64,000 bases of DNA from Archangium sp. (GTDB taxonomy: Bacteria > Myxococcota > Myxococcia > Myxococcales > Myxococcaceae): assembly GCA_031367385.1 (NCBI GenBank), contig JANLPS010000514.1, forward strand, positions 21,366 through 85,365. Reading direction: 5' to 3'. Shown here piece after piece: positions 8,105 to 18,065 of the stretch (position 1 is its first letter; each line of letters opens with the position of its first letter). The position numbers were made by a program, and so were the translations under genes. The notes under the pieces were generated by a model that was not told where the DNA came from, did not search any database, and was given only the letters and a program-made list of their open reading frames with translations.

Positions 8105-9754
8105 ATGCTCGCCAAGCAGCTGCTTTTGACCGATGTCTTCGAATACGACCCCTCGGGCGGAGTGATGACCTTCGCCGGAGAACGCGTGCTGCTCTTCGAC
8201 GCGATCGCGCTGGGCCTGCTGCGCAAGCAATTGATCGACGCCTTTGGCCAGGGGGGTGCGCGGGCGCTGCTGACGCGCTTCGGGTACAGCCACGGTTGGC
8301 GGCTCGCGGAGTCGATGAAGAGCGCGATCAACTGGAGCGACGAGCGCGAGTGGCGAATCGCGGGCGGCCGGCTGCACCGGTTGCACGGCATGGTGACCTT
8401 CGAGCCGGTGGCCGAATCAGAGCGGGCCACGCCTCCCGCGTTTGCCGAAGCGGTGTGGCGAGACAGCTACGAGGCCGAGCAACACCTGTTGCTTCATGGG
8501 CAAGCCGACACCTGCGTCTGCTGGACCCTGCTCGGTTTCGCGTCTGGGTACTTGAGCCGCGCGAACGGGCGCACCGTCTACTGCCTCGAAGAGTCATGCC
8601 GCGGCAAGGGCGACGCGGTGTGCCGAATGGTCGGCCGCTTCAAAGAAGATTGGCCCGAAGCGCTGCACGCGCAGTTCGCGTTCTACGAAAAAGACTGTCT
8701 CGACGAGGCCCTGGTCACCCTGCAGTCAGAGCTGAAGCGAGTCGATCGCCGTTTGCAGCAGCGGCAACGCGAGATGAAGCGCCTGACTGATGACGGCTCG
8801 GGTTTGGTGCAGCGCAGCGAAGCGATGCAACGGCTTGTTGCACAAGCGAAGCGGGTGGCGGCGGTCGACTCGACGGTGATGCTTCTGGGCGAGTCTGGCT
8901 CGGGCAAAGAGCGCATCGCCCGGTTGATTCACGAGTCGTCGGGTCGGCAGGCTGGGCCATTCGTGGCGATCAACTGCGCTGCGGTGCCCGAGGCGCTGCT
9001 CGAGTCTGAGCTGTTCGGTCACGCGCGCGGGGCCTTCACCGGCGCCACCTCGGAGCGGCCGGGGCTCTTCGAATCGGCCAAGGGGGGCACGCTGCTGCTC
9101 GACGAGGTCGGCGAGATACCGCCGGCGATGCAGGTCAAGCTGCTGCGCGTGCTTCAAGAGCGCGAGGTGCGCCGGGTCGGAGAGAACCGAACGCGGCCCA
9201 TCGATGTGCGGGTGATCTGCGCGACCCACCGTGACCTCGCGGCCGAGGTGAAGGCCGGTCGCTTTCGTGAAGATCTCTACTTTCGGCTGCGGGTCATCGA
9301 GCTCAACGTGCCCGCGTTGCGAGAGCGCGGCGACGACATCATACCGCTGGCCCATGCGGCGATGGCCGATGCCTGCGCACGCATGAAGCTGCCGACCAAA
9401 GAGCTCTCGCCCGCCACGCTCCGGTTGCTGTTGGCCTATCGCTGGCCGGGCAACGTGCGAGAGCTGTTCAACGCCATCGAGCGAACGGTGGTGCTCAGCG
9501 ATGGGCGGCGGGTCGAGGTCGAAGATCTGCCCGTCGAGATTCAGCACCCTGCCCCCCTCGACGGCATCGGGGCGGCCACCGACGCCCGGCAAACCCTGGC
9601 GGAGGTCGAGCGGAGGGCCATTCTGACCACGCTGCAAGCCGAGGGGGGCAATCGTTCGAAGACCGCCGAGCGCCTGGGCATCGGGCAGGCGACGCTGTTT
9701 CGAAAGCTCAAGCAGTACCAAGGCGAAGGGCACCTCATCTCACCTGCAGCGTGA
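8105..9754 (+). CDS. Sigma54-dependent activator, XylR/DmpR type (XylR_N + V4R + AAA+ + HTH)
   Basis: GERVLLF...[64 protein letters not shown] precedes ATG 8105. Confidence 0.93.
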   Translation: MLAKQLLLTDVFEYDPSGGVMTFAGERVLLFDAIALGLLRKQLIDAFGQGGARALLTRFGYSHGWRLAESMKSAINWSDEREWRIAGGRLHRLHGMVTFEPVAESERATPPAFAEAVWRDSYEAEQHLLLHGQADTCVCWTLLGFASGYLSRANGRTVYCLEESCRGKGDAVCRMVGRFKEDWPEALHAQFAFYEKDCLDEALVTLQSELKRVDRRLQQRQREMKRLTDDGSGLVQRSEAMQRLVAQAKRVAAVDSTVMLLGESGSGKERIARLIHESSGRQAGPFVAINCAAVPEALLESELFGHARGAFTGATSERPGLFESAKGGTLLLDEVGEIPPAMQVKLLRVLQEREVRRVGENRTRPIDVRVICATHRDLAAEVKAGRFREDLYFRLRVIELNVPALRERGDDIIPLAHAAMADACARMKLPTKELSPATLRLLLAYRWPGNVRELFNAIERTVVLSDGRRVEVEDLPVEIQHPAPLDGIGAATDARQTLAEVERRAILTTLQAEGGNRSKTAERLGIGQATLFRKLKQYQGEGHLISPAA

Positions 9755-9822
9755 CGCCTGTGGTGGCTCACGCTGCGGCGCGACATTTCGGTAACCGATC
9801 TTGCTGCAGTGCAGCATTATGT

Positions 9823-9842
9823 GTTACCGACCGACCGGTAAC
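9823..9842. promoter_or_regulatory. Candidate AibR (TetR) operator palindrome
   Basis: GTTACCG-ACCGAC-CGGTAAC inverted repeat about 30 bp upstream of aibR. Confidence 0.65.
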
Positions 9843-9870
9843 CTCATTTTTTCGCTGCCCAAGGTGATTC

Positions 9871-10533
9871 GTGAGCATCAAAAAGGGTCGAGACGAATCA
9901 CTGAAGCGCCAGCGTGAGGTGTTCGAGACGGCGGCGCGGCTGATCTGCAAACGCGGCTACGACGGCACCAGCATTCAAGAGATCGCCGACGCCTGCGGCA
10001 TGACCAAGGCGGGGCTGTACCACCACATCGGCAGCAAAGAGGGCCTGCTCTCGGCGATCATGGAGTACGGCATGGACCTCTTCGACAAAGAGGTGCTCGC
10101 GCCGGCGCAGGCGATGGAGAACCCGGTCGAGGCGCTGAAGACCTGCATGGCGCGCAACATCAAGCTGGTGACGCGCGGCGCGAACAAAGAGATCACCATC
10201 ATTTTGCACGAGCACGCGACGTTGCACGGCCCCGCGGGCAAGCACATCAACGCGCGCAAGAAAAAGTACGTGCGGTTTCTCGAGCAGTCATTCGAGAAGG
10301 CGGTGAGCCAGAAGCTGATTCGGCCGGTCAACGCAACCATCGCCGCCTACGGTTTTCTGGGCATGGTGTTGTGGACCTACAAGTGGTTTCAGCCTGAGGG
10401 CGAGCTGACCGAGACGCAGCTGGCCGACGGCATGGTCGACCTGCTCTTCACCGGGCTGGCACCCGCGGCCGCGACGGCGCCGTTGGGTTTCGCCGGCGTC
10501 ACCCGTGGCTCGGCGCGCAAGGAGCGGCCGTGA
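9871..10533 (+). CDS. aibR: TetR-family regulator of the alternative isovaleryl-CoA pathway
   Basis: TetR HTH (GYDGTSIQEIADACGMTKAGLYHHIGSKE); first gene of a coupled aibA-aibB-aibC run. Confidence 0.85.
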   Translation: MSIKKGRDESLKRQREVFETAARLICKRGYDGTSIQEIADACGMTKAGLYHHIGSKEGLLSAIMEYGMDLFDKEVLAPAQAMENPVEALKTCMARNIKLVTRGANKEITIILHEHATLHGPAGKHINARKKKYVRFLEQSFEKAVSQKLIRPVNATIAAYGFLGMVLWTYKWFQPEGELTETQLADGMVDLLFTGLAPAAATAPLGFAGVTRGSARKERP

Positions 10534-11339
10534 TTCGCGACCGCTGGACGAGCCTCGAGGCGCTGGTGCGTTCGGTGCCTGACGGTGCGTCGATCGCGAC
10601 GGGCGGCTTCATGTTGGGCCGGGCTCCGCTGGCACTGGTATTCGAGCTGATCAGGCAAGAGCGTCGCGGGCTGCGGCTGCTCTCGTTGCCCAACCCGCTT
10701 TCGGCCGAGCTGTTGATCGCCGGCGGCTGTCTGCGGCGCGTCGAATTTCCTTTCGGGGCGATCAGCGTCGCGGGCCGGGTACGGTCGATGCCGTGCCTGA
10801 AGCGGGCAATCGAGCAATCGAAGATCGAATGGGTCGAGCACGATGGCTACCGGGTGGTGCAGCGGCTGCGAGCAGCGGCGATGGGGTTGCCATTCATTCC
10901 CGCTCCCGACATCGACGCGTCGGCGCTGACTGAGCTCGAGCCGGTGCGGTACGCCGAAGACCCGTTCACGGGCCTCAAAGTGCCGGTCGAGCAGGCCTAC
11001 TCGCCTGATGTCGCGCTGATTCACGCGCATCTGGCTGACGACCAGGGCAACCTGTTCATCGAAGACCCGACGACCGATCTGCTGATCGCCGGGGCGTCGG
11101 CCCGGGTGCTGGCGACGGCTGAGAAGCGGGTGGCGCGGCTGACCCGAGTGACGGTGCCGTCGTTTCAGGTCGACGCGGTGGCCCAGGTGCGCGGAGGCGC
11201 GCTGCCCACCGGGTGCGTGGGCGACTACGACTATGACGAGGCGGCGCTGCTCGAATACCTCGAGCTGGCCGAGGCGGGTCGAGAGACCGAGTGGCTGCGA
11301 GCCCGTGTGCGCTCACCACTGAACGCGGTGGCGGCGTGA
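10530..11339 (+). CDS. aibA: 3-methylglutaconyl-CoA decarboxylase subunit A (CoA-transferase fold)
   Basis: GGFMLGRAP, SLPNPL, EHDGYRVVQRLRAA and EDPTTDLL match M. xanthus AibA as I recall it. Confidence 0.88.
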   Translation: MIRDRWTSLEALVRSVPDGASIATGGFMLGRAPLALVFELIRQERRGLRLLSLPNPLSAELLIAGGCLRRVEFPFGAISVAGRVRSMPCLKRAIEQSKIEWVEHDGYRVVQRLRAAAMGLPFIPAPDIDASALTELEPVRYAEDPFTGLKVPVEQAYSPDVALIHAHLADDQGNLFIEDPTTDLLIAGASARVLATAEKRVARLTRVTVPSFQVDAVAQVRGGALPTGCVGDYDYDEAALLEYLELAEAGRETEWLRARVRSPLNAVAA

Positions 11340-12064
11340 GCGACGACCTGCAGGCGAACACCCTCGTGTCGTTGTTGGCCCGGCAGCTGGCCGAGCAGTG
11401 CGTGGTGGCGACCGGAGTGGTCTCGCCGCTGGCGATCTTGGCGATCGCCGTGGCGCGGACGACCCACGCGCCCAACCTCACCTACATTTCGTGCGTCGGG
11501 GCACTCGACCCCAGCCTGCCGACGCTGCACCCCTCTTCAGAGGCCTTGCAGTACCTCGACGGCCGACGGGCCGAGGTGTCGATCGCCGACCTGTTCGATC
11601 ACGCACGCCGCAACCGGGTCGACACGGTGTTCTTCGGAGCCGCCGAGGTCGACGGCCTGGGGCAGACCAACATGAGCGCGGCTGGCAGTCTGAGCCACCC
11701 GACCGTGAAGTTCCCCGGGGTGGCGGGGGCGAGCTCGCTGCGACGCTGGGCCAAGAAGCCGGTGTTGCTGATCATGAAGCACAGCAAACGCTCGTTGGTG
11801 CCGGCGGTTCAGGTCGCGACGACGAGCGACCCGATGCGCCGCACCACGCTGATCACCGACCTGGCGATCTTCGAGGTGGGCACGGCCGGCGCGGTCTTGC
11901 AGGCCCGTCACCCCTGGGCGAGCGAAGCGCTGATCGCCGAGAAGACCGGGTTCAGCTACCGAACGGCGAGCAGTCTCGAGGTGACCGAGGTGCCCAGCGA
12001 AGCCACGGTGCGCGCCATTCGCTCAATCGACACGAGCAACCTGCGTCAGTCGCTGGTCGGCTGA
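11336..12064 (+). CDS. aibB: 3-methylglutaconyl-CoA decarboxylase subunit B
   Basis: GTG 11336 overlaps the aibA stop; SPLAILAIAVAR, SCVG, DLFDHARR, FFGAAEVD and KFPGVAGA. Confidence 0.88.
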   Translation: MSDDLQANTLVSLLARQLAEQCVVATGVVSPLAILAIAVARTTHAPNLTYISCVGALDPSLPTLHPSSEALQYLDGRRAEVSIADLFDHARRNRVDTVFFGAAEVDGLGQTNMSAAGSLSHPTVKFPGVAGASSLRRWAKKPVLLIMKHSKRSLVPAVQVATTSDPMRRTTLITDLAIFEVGTAGAVLQARHPWASEALIAEKTGFSYRTASSLEVTEVPSEATVRAIRSIDTSNLRQSLVG

Positions 12065-12097
12065 TCTCTCAAAACCCACACGAGCAAAACCCCACCC

Positions 12098-13132
12098 ATG
12101 AAAGCAGTGATTCTTCGAGAGTACGGCGGGCCCGACAAGCTTCAATTCGGCACGATGCCAGACCCGACGCCAGGCCGCGGCGAGGTGTTGTTGCGAGTAC
12201 AGGCGTGCGGCGTTTGCTACCACGACCTGATCGCCAGGCGAGGCGACATCGGCACGTGCATGCCGACGATCTTGGGGCACGAGGTGGTCGGCGAGGTGAT
12301 CGACCTCGGCACCGATGTCACAGGGTGGAAGGTGGGCGACCGCGCCGCGACCCTGCAGCGCATGAGCTGCGGCGATTGCATGTACTGCAACCAGAACCGC
12401 AACAGCCTCTGCAAGAACGATCGGCGCTTCTTCGGCGAAGAGATTCATGGCGGGTATGCGACGTTGATGACGGCTCCGATCTTGGGGCTGTGCCACGTGC
12501 CTGATTCGCTGTCGTCACCCGACGCGGCGACGGTGTGCTGCACGACCGGCACCGCGGTGCACGTGTGTCGCACCCGCGGCCGTGTGAAGGCTGGCGAGAT
12601 CGTGTTGATCACCGGCGCGAGCGGCGGGGTGGGTCTTCAAGCCGTGCAGCTGTGCACGCACGACGGCGCGAAGGTGATCGCGATCACCTCGAGCCCGAAG
12701 AAAGTCGCGGCGCTGCAGGCCGCGGGAGCATGGGAGGTGATCGTGGCCCCCGAGCTTCGGTTCGCGAACGACGTGAAGCGCATCACCCACGGTGCCGGCG
12801 TCGATGTGGCGCTGGAGATCGTCGGCAGCACGACCTTTTCGCAAACACTCAAGTGCATGGCACCAGGAGGCCGGGTGGTGGTCGTCGGCAACCTCGACAC
12901 CGGGTCATTCGACTTGAACCCCGGGCTGGTCATCGTCAAAGAGCTCGAGATCATCGGTGCATACGCCACGACGCGTGATGAGCTCGATACCGCGCTCGAG
13001 CTGACCGCGGCTGGGCACGTGAAGTCGTGCGTGAGCGAGGTCTTGCCGCTGGCTGACGCTGCCTCGGTTCACTCCCGGCTCGAGAATCGGCAGATCTCCG
13101 GGCGCGTGGTGCTGGTGCCTCCGGCGTTGTGA
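12098..13132 (+). CDS. aibC: Zn-dependent MDR oxidoreductase (dimethylacrylyl-CoA reductase)
   Basis: CGVCYHD, ILGHE, CGDCMYC...C, GASGGVG; position in the aib operon. Confidence 0.88.
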   Translation: MKAVILREYGGPDKLQFGTMPDPTPGRGEVLLRVQACGVCYHDLIARRGDIGTCMPTILGHEVVGEVIDLGTDVTGWKVGDRAATLQRMSCGDCMYCNQNRNSLCKNDRRFFGEEIHGGYATLMTAPILGLCHVPDSLSSPDAATVCCTTGTAVHVCRTRGRVKAGEIVLITGASGGVGLQAVQLCTHDGAKVIAITSSPKKVAALQAAGAWEVIVAPELRFANDVKRITHGAGVDVALEIVGSTTFSQTLKCMAPGGRVVVVGNLDTGSFDLNPGLVIVKELEIIGAYATTRDELDTALELTAAGHVKSCVSEVLPLADAASVHSRLENRQISGRVVLVPPAL

Positions 13133-13761
13133 CGAGTGCTCGCGCCGCATTGCGCGTTCGAACGTTCGGCTTGTGCCCGGAGCTGGAGGTGTGGGCGGCC
13201 GATGAACCGGTGCCCCTGTGGGAGGCGCTGGAGTTGGAGACCGGAAAACGCGAGGGCCCGCCATTCTGGGGTCACGCCTGGCCGGGGAGCCTGGCGCTGG
13301 CGCGTTGGGTGATGGATCAGCCGAGCCTGGTGCGGAAACAGCCGGTGCTCGACTTCGCGACCGGCTGCGGTCTGTCGGCGATCGCGGCCGCCCGCGCAGG
13401 CGCTTCGAGTGTGCTGGCGACCGACATCGATGTGCATGCGATCACCGCGTGCCATGAAAACGCGAAGCTCAATGGGTGCTCGATTGATGCGCAGCAACGA
13501 GACGTGATCGGCCTCGACGAGGGGTGGTCGGTGATCTTGGTCGGCGACGTGTTCTACGAGGCGGAGCTGTCGGCGCGGGTCTTCGGGTGGCTCGAGAAAC
13601 TGGCGCGGCGCGGGGCGACTGTGTTGATCGGCGACCCAGGGCGATCGTTTCTCCCGAGAGAAAAGCTGCGGTGCGAGGCGACGTACCCGCTCGATGTGGT
13701 CCCCGCGTGGGACAGCGTGAGCGATCGGCCTCCACGGGTCTGGCGCGTGCTTGAAGGTTAA
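13129..13761 (+). CDS. Class I SAM-dependent protein methyltransferase (METTL20/ETF-beta lysine MTase-like)
   Basis: PPFWGHAWPGSLALARW, VLDFATGCG, DID, GDVFYE, IGDPGR; GTGA overlap with aibC. Confidence 0.8.
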   Translation: MTSARAALRVRTFGLCPELEVWAADEPVPLWEALELETGKREGPPFWGHAWPGSLALARWVMDQPSLVRKQPVLDFATGCGLSAIAAARAGASSVLATDIDVHAITACHENAKLNGCSIDAQQRDVIGLDEGWSVILVGDVFYEAELSARVFGWLEKLARRGATVLIGDPGRSFLPREKLRCEATYPLDVVPAWDSVSDRPPRVWRVLEG

Positions 13762-15224
13762 GGGGTGATGCGTTGCCACACATCGAGCTCGCTGTTGATT
13801 TGAGTGAAATGTGCGGTGCCAGACGCTCCGAGCTGCCACCGACCACGCCAGCCCAACACCAGATACGGGCACGAATTCATCAGCGGGAGACCCGCTTCGC
13901 GAGCAGAGCCGCTCTCGAACGCAGCGGCGGCATCGGTGAACCTTCGCCCACCTTGCGTTGCCTGAAGCAGCATCGACGCGTACGGGTCGACGACGGGGTT
14001 CTGCTCGGGGGTGTGAAAGGGCAAGCGCCCCGCCGCGAGAGCCCACGCTGGCTCGAACGAGAACAGACACGACTGCGCTGAAATCTCGCGGCGCGCGAAC
14101 ACGGCGAACTGCGCGGGTTTGTCGTCGTGATCGCGAGTGCTGAGCACCGCAAATCGAGTGGAGGGCACGACGAAGAGGATCATGATCACCGCCGCTCCCA
14201 CGCTGGCACCAACCCCGCGTCGTCGCGCGAAGCTCCAAAGAGCAGCACCCGCGGCACCGGCGAGCACGGTCTGGAGGGGCGCGAGAAACGCGTCGTACTG
14301 ATTCCAATACGTGGCGGCGCCCAGGAAGCTCGTCGCGATCAGCGCGAAGCCGATGAAGAACAGCCGCGCGGCGCGCTCGAGCCTGAAACCTCGGCCCGCG
14401 ATGACGAGCCCAGCCAGGCCCAGAACCCCAGCCACCGGGTGCAGCCCGAGTAGCATTTCTTGGAGGCGCCCCACCCGACTCACAAGCCCATCGGGAGGAC
14501 GTCGGAGATGAAATGCGACGACATCATTGAAGAAATTTTCAGGTGCGGCGAGCAGCAACGGCGCGACGAGCACGATGCTGGTGAGCGCGGTCGCAACGAC
14601 GAGATGTGGAGCGAGCGTTCGCCAATTCACGCGCGGTGTCGCGGCCAATGCGGCGAGCAAGAAAACGCCACCGGTGAGCTTCACCGAGATCGCGTACCCG
14701 AGAAAAAGCCCCGTGGCCCAAGCGCCCGAGCGCGAAACATTGCGCAACCACAGAGTCGCCGCGGCGAGGCACGCGACGTTGAGCACCGGTTCGAGAAACA
14801 CTCCGCGCTCGACGATCACCGCCTCGGGGTAGGTCGCGTAGAGCACGGCGGCCAATACGCCCGCGACCATGCCTCGCCACCGCCATGCCAGCGCCCCCAC
14901 CAACACGACATTGAATGCGCCGAGCAACGCCGAGACGAAGCGGGAGGCCGCGTAGATTTCCGAGGGGTCGAGCCGTGGGAGGAGCGCGGTCGTGCCCAAG
15001 AAATACAGGAACCCAGGAGGGTGAACGAAGGTGAAATCGCGGTACGGGAGCACGCCGCCGAACAGCAGCTGAGCGGCCGACGAGTAGACGCCTTCGTCGT
15101 AGTCGACCGGCACTCGCCAGGCCCCCCAGCGAACCAGGGGCCAAACCCGGAGAATCGCGGCGCTTATTGCGATGAGGGCCAGAATCGGAGGGGTGGCGCG
15201 CCAGACGGCCTTGGGTCTCAACAC
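13758..15224 (-). CDS. ArnT/PMT-like (GT-C) membrane glycosyltransferase
   Basis: DYDEGVY, GVLPYRDFTFVHPPG and many TM helices. Start uncertain; the first ~70 aa of the supplied ORF look spurious. Confidence 0.75.
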   Translation of the reverse strand: MLRPKAVWRATPPILALIAISAAILRVWPLVRWGAWRVPVDYDEGVYSSAAQLLFGGVLPYRDFTFVHPPGFLYFLGTTALLPRLDPSEIYAASRFVSALLGAFNVVLVGALAWRWRGMVAGVLAAVLYATYPEAVIVERGVFLEPVLNVACLAAATLWLRNVSRSGAWATGLFLGYAISVKLTGGVFLLAALAATPRVNWRTLAPHLVVATALTSIVLVAPLLLAAPENFFNDVVAFHLRRPPDGLVSRVGRLQEMLLGLHPVAGVLGLAGLVIAGRGFRLERAARLFFIGFALIATSFLGAATYWNQYDAFLAPLQTVLAGAAGAALWSFARRRGVGASVGAAVIMILFVVPSTRFAVLSTRDHDDKPAQFAVFARREISAQSCLFSFEPAWALAAGRLPFHTPEQNPVVDPYASMLLQATQGGRRFTDAAAAFESGSAREAGLPLMNSCPYLVLGWRGRWQLGASGTAHFTQINSELDVWQRITP

Positions 15225-15335
15225 CGCGCGCGCTCGCCCGAAGCCACTTGAGGCGGCGACGCTAACCGCTGCTGTGCTTGGTCGTAAGAGAATTGAACGG
15301 CTGTTTTCTGCGCATTGAAGGCAATCGAGCGGCAC

Positions 15336-15430
15336 TCGGCCCTTCTCATTCTCATCAGCGCAGGAGCCGGTATCACTCCCCAGACCTGGCTCGGCCGCGA
15401 TTTCAGCGACGTCTCGTGGTTCATGCACCT
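15336..15430 (+). pseudogene. Possible relic of an FNR-family NAD(P)-binding oxidoreductase
   Basis: Intergenic stretch translates LLILISAGAGITP...SWFMH, resembling the FNR/flavohemoglobin xxISAGxGITP motif; no intact gene around it. Confidence 0.3.
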
Positions 15431-15542
15431 CGGGCACCCTCTTCGTGGGCGGCGGGGGCGAGAAGTTGGCGATCGAAGTTCGTCTGGAGCGGATCGAAAA
15501 CGTCGCCGGTTCACCCTGAAGCGACCGTAGACTCTCAAGCGC

Positions 15543-18065
15543 TTGCGCATTCGAGCGGTCACCGCAGTCTACTGTCTCACGCTCTTCGCCTGTACTTCAG
15601 GCGAAGTCGACGCGCCGGTTGGGGTTGCGCGGGCACCGTTGGTCGACGTGTGGGCGAGCCCGACCTCGACCGTACCGAAGGGCAGCGCGCCACAGCGACC
15701 GGTGTTCGACGGCACGCAGTTCTGGGTGACGCACTCGGTGCGCACTGGCGACCCGTTCGACACCCGCGATGTGCTCCGGCGCTACGACGCGCAGGGCAAC
15801 CTCGCCGACACCGGCCCGGTGCGAATCGGCGTCAGGGGCGGCAAGCTCGTTCGCATTAACGGCTCGCTGGTGTCGTTGTCGATTTCAAAAACGCCCGACG
15901 GCGGTGCGGCGCTCTTCACGCAACCGATCAACGCCCAGGGTTTGACCGGCGCGAGGGTTTTGACTCAAGAGCTGATGCCCGGGTCCGACTTGAACGGGCC
16001 GGAGTATTGGTACGTCGCTTCGAGCGCGACCGATTCGCGGGTGTTGATTCGCAATTTCCCCGCGGGCACGCAGACGGTGACTGAGCTGGCGGTCGCCGCC
16101 GACGGTACGACCAGCGCCGCGACGACCGTCTGGCCAACCACGACCACGACGTTGTTCGACATGCACTTCGATGGCACTCGGTACCTCGCCCTCGTTGGTG
16201 AGGCCGATGGTGGGGTCGCGTTGATGGGCCTCTCTGGGCCGGGCAACGAGACGCGTTTCTATCGCCCGGTGGTCGCCGAGCCGGGCTTCAGTGGTGCTCT
16301 GGGCGGAGACGCGACGCTCGGCGGGGTGATCACCGCGAACCACGTGCAGCTCACCGTTGACGCCCAGCTCGTCACGGCGCCGATTGTGTTTTCTCGGCCT
16401 GCGGTGTCGTACCGCGACGGAGATCACCTCGTCGTGGTCTCGAGCGACGTGGGCTTCAGCACCCCACTCGCGGCGTACCCGGTGTTCATCGACGGCGGCA
16501 TCGGCGCGAAGGTGGTGCTCGACCCGCCGTACACCGGCCCGATCTATTACTTCACCGAGAGCGCGATCGTGGCGCCGGTCGCGCTCTCGCCCACCACCGC
16601 CCTCGTGGGGTGGACACGACAGCAAGGTGGCACCGGCGCGTTCGTGAACGCGTTGACGTTGGGAGCGCTCGCCGACAATACGACAGCGCCGATGTACCCG
16701 AGCCCCGCGCTGTTCGCAGCTTCCGGCCCCATCGACACGTTTGATTCACCTCCGCTGGTGGTGTGGGCACAGGAGAGCGTCTACGACGATCAATGCACGT
16801 TTGGCTTCGAGCGCATCGGCCCGACTGGTGGTCTCGATGCCACGCCGATACGGCTCGCCGACTGCCAGAACAGCTTTGGCACCTTTGCGATTGGCCCGAT
16901 CGCGGCCTCGGGCATGAGCGGCGGCTGGCTGACCGTGTGGTCGACGCCGTTCGATATCTACTCGAAGACGATCAGCCTGAGCGGAGTGCCCGGCCCGACG
17001 CGCGTCATCAGCGCGAGCATCACGATTCTGCAACCAACTTCAATCGCCGCGGGCGGTGGCTCGTACCTGGTGACGGCGTCGAAGTTGTACAGCAGCACCA
17101 TCGGGTATCTGGTGAACCCCGACGGCACGGCACAGAGCTCGGAGTTCACCATCAGCGGCGTGGGGGGCAACACCACCGCCACCGCCTATGACGGCACTCG
17201 ATTTCATGTCGTGACCAGCGGCCTCTCGGTCACGCAATGGGCCATCGTTCAAGGCGGTACGCCGCAGCTTCGCAGCGCACTGTCGACTTCGCCCTCGGGG
17301 TTGGCATCGCTCGCCTCGGGCACCGGCCATGCGAGCGCCGCGTGGACAGACGGCGCTCGAGGTGCGCTCACCGTCAACGTGGCCCAGTTGGGCGCCTCGC
17401 CCTCACCGGTGCGGCTCGGGAGCTGGGACGCCGGCGATGTGAGCTCATTGTCGGTGGCCGAGACCGACTTCGGCACCCATGTCGCCGCTGGTTCGCCCAA
17501 TGGCCTGCAGTGGTTCGACCTCTGGCCCGACGGAGGCTCGCGGCTGACGTTGCTCTTCGCCGGGTCGGCGGTTGCCAGCGCGAAGTTGCAGCACGCAGAC
17601 GGCGGCATCGTGATGGTGCGCAGCATGACGCTCCCTGCGTCTCAGGTGCACGTCGACTGGGTTCGATTTCAGCCGACTGGCGCGAGCTGTGTTGACGACC
17701 TCGACTGCTTCGATTTTCGGTGTTTCGCCGGGGTGTGTTGCCCTACGTGCGTCGCTCCGCCAGACGCGGGTGCCCCCGATGCGGGCAGCCCTGATGCCGG
17801 CACCGCGGTGGTCGACTCGGGCCTGTCGACCGATGCGGGGCTCGACGCCGACGCCGGCGCGTTGGTCGATGCCGGAGCCTTCGATGCAGGCGCGGCGAGT
17901 GACGGCGGCAGTGTGATGACCGCCGATGCCGGAGCGGGCGTTCAAGGCATTCGCGTGTTGGCCGTCGGGTGCAGCTGCGCCTCGGTGTCGAGCAGCTCTG
18001 GGTTCTGGCTTGCGTTGCTGCTGCTCGGTGCCTGGCGCCGAGCTTTGCGCTCACAGGCTCAGTGA
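15543..18065 (+). CDS. Large secreted beta-rich protein with MYXO-CTERM sorting signal
   Basis: Lipobox-like LFAC; Cys cluster; DAG-repeat linker; C-terminal GCSC...FWLALLLLGAWRR. Confidence 0.8.
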   Translation: MRIRAVTAVYCLTLFACTSGEVDAPVGVARAPLVDVWASPTSTVPKGSAPQRPVFDGTQFWVTHSVRTGDPFDTRDVLRRYDAQGNLADTGPVRIGVRGGKLVRINGSLVSLSISKTPDGGAALFTQPINAQGLTGARVLTQELMPGSDLNGPEYWYVASSATDSRVLIRNFPAGTQTVTELAVAADGTTSAATTVWPTTTTTLFDMHFDGTRYLALVGEADGGVALMGLSGPGNETRFYRPVVAEPGFSGALGGDATLGGVITANHVQLTVDAQLVTAPIVFSRPAVSYRDGDHLVVVSSDVGFSTPLAAYPVFIDGGIGAKVVLDPPYTGPIYYFTESAIVAPVALSPTTALVGWTRQQGGTGAFVNALTLGALADNTTAPMYPSPALFAASGPIDTFDSPPLVVWAQESVYDDQCTFGFERIGPTGGLDATPIRLADCQNSFGTFAIGPIAASGMSGGWLTVWSTPFDIYSKTISLSGVPGPTRVISASITILQPTSIAAGGGSYLVTASKLYSSTIGYLVNPDGTAQSSEFTISGVGGNTTATAYDGTRFHVVTSGLSVTQWAIVQGGTPQLRSALSTSPSGLASLASGTGHASAAWTDGARGALTVNVAQLGASPSPVRLGSWDAGDVSSLSVAETDFGTHVAAGSPNGLQWFDLWPDGGSRLTLLFAGSAVASAKLQHADGGIVMVRSMTLPASQVHVDWVRFQPTGASCVDDLDCFDFRCFAGVCCPTCVAPPDAGAPDAGSPDAGTAVVDSGLSTDAGLDADAGALVDAGAFDAGAASDGGSVMTADAGAGVQGIRVLAVGCSCASVSSSSGFWLALLLLGAWRRALRSQAQ

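Noticed and set aside
7913..8386. N-terminal 158-aa extension of ORF 6770..8386
   Set aside because: Overlaps the XylR-type gene on the opposite strand, and the signal peptide begins near 7912.
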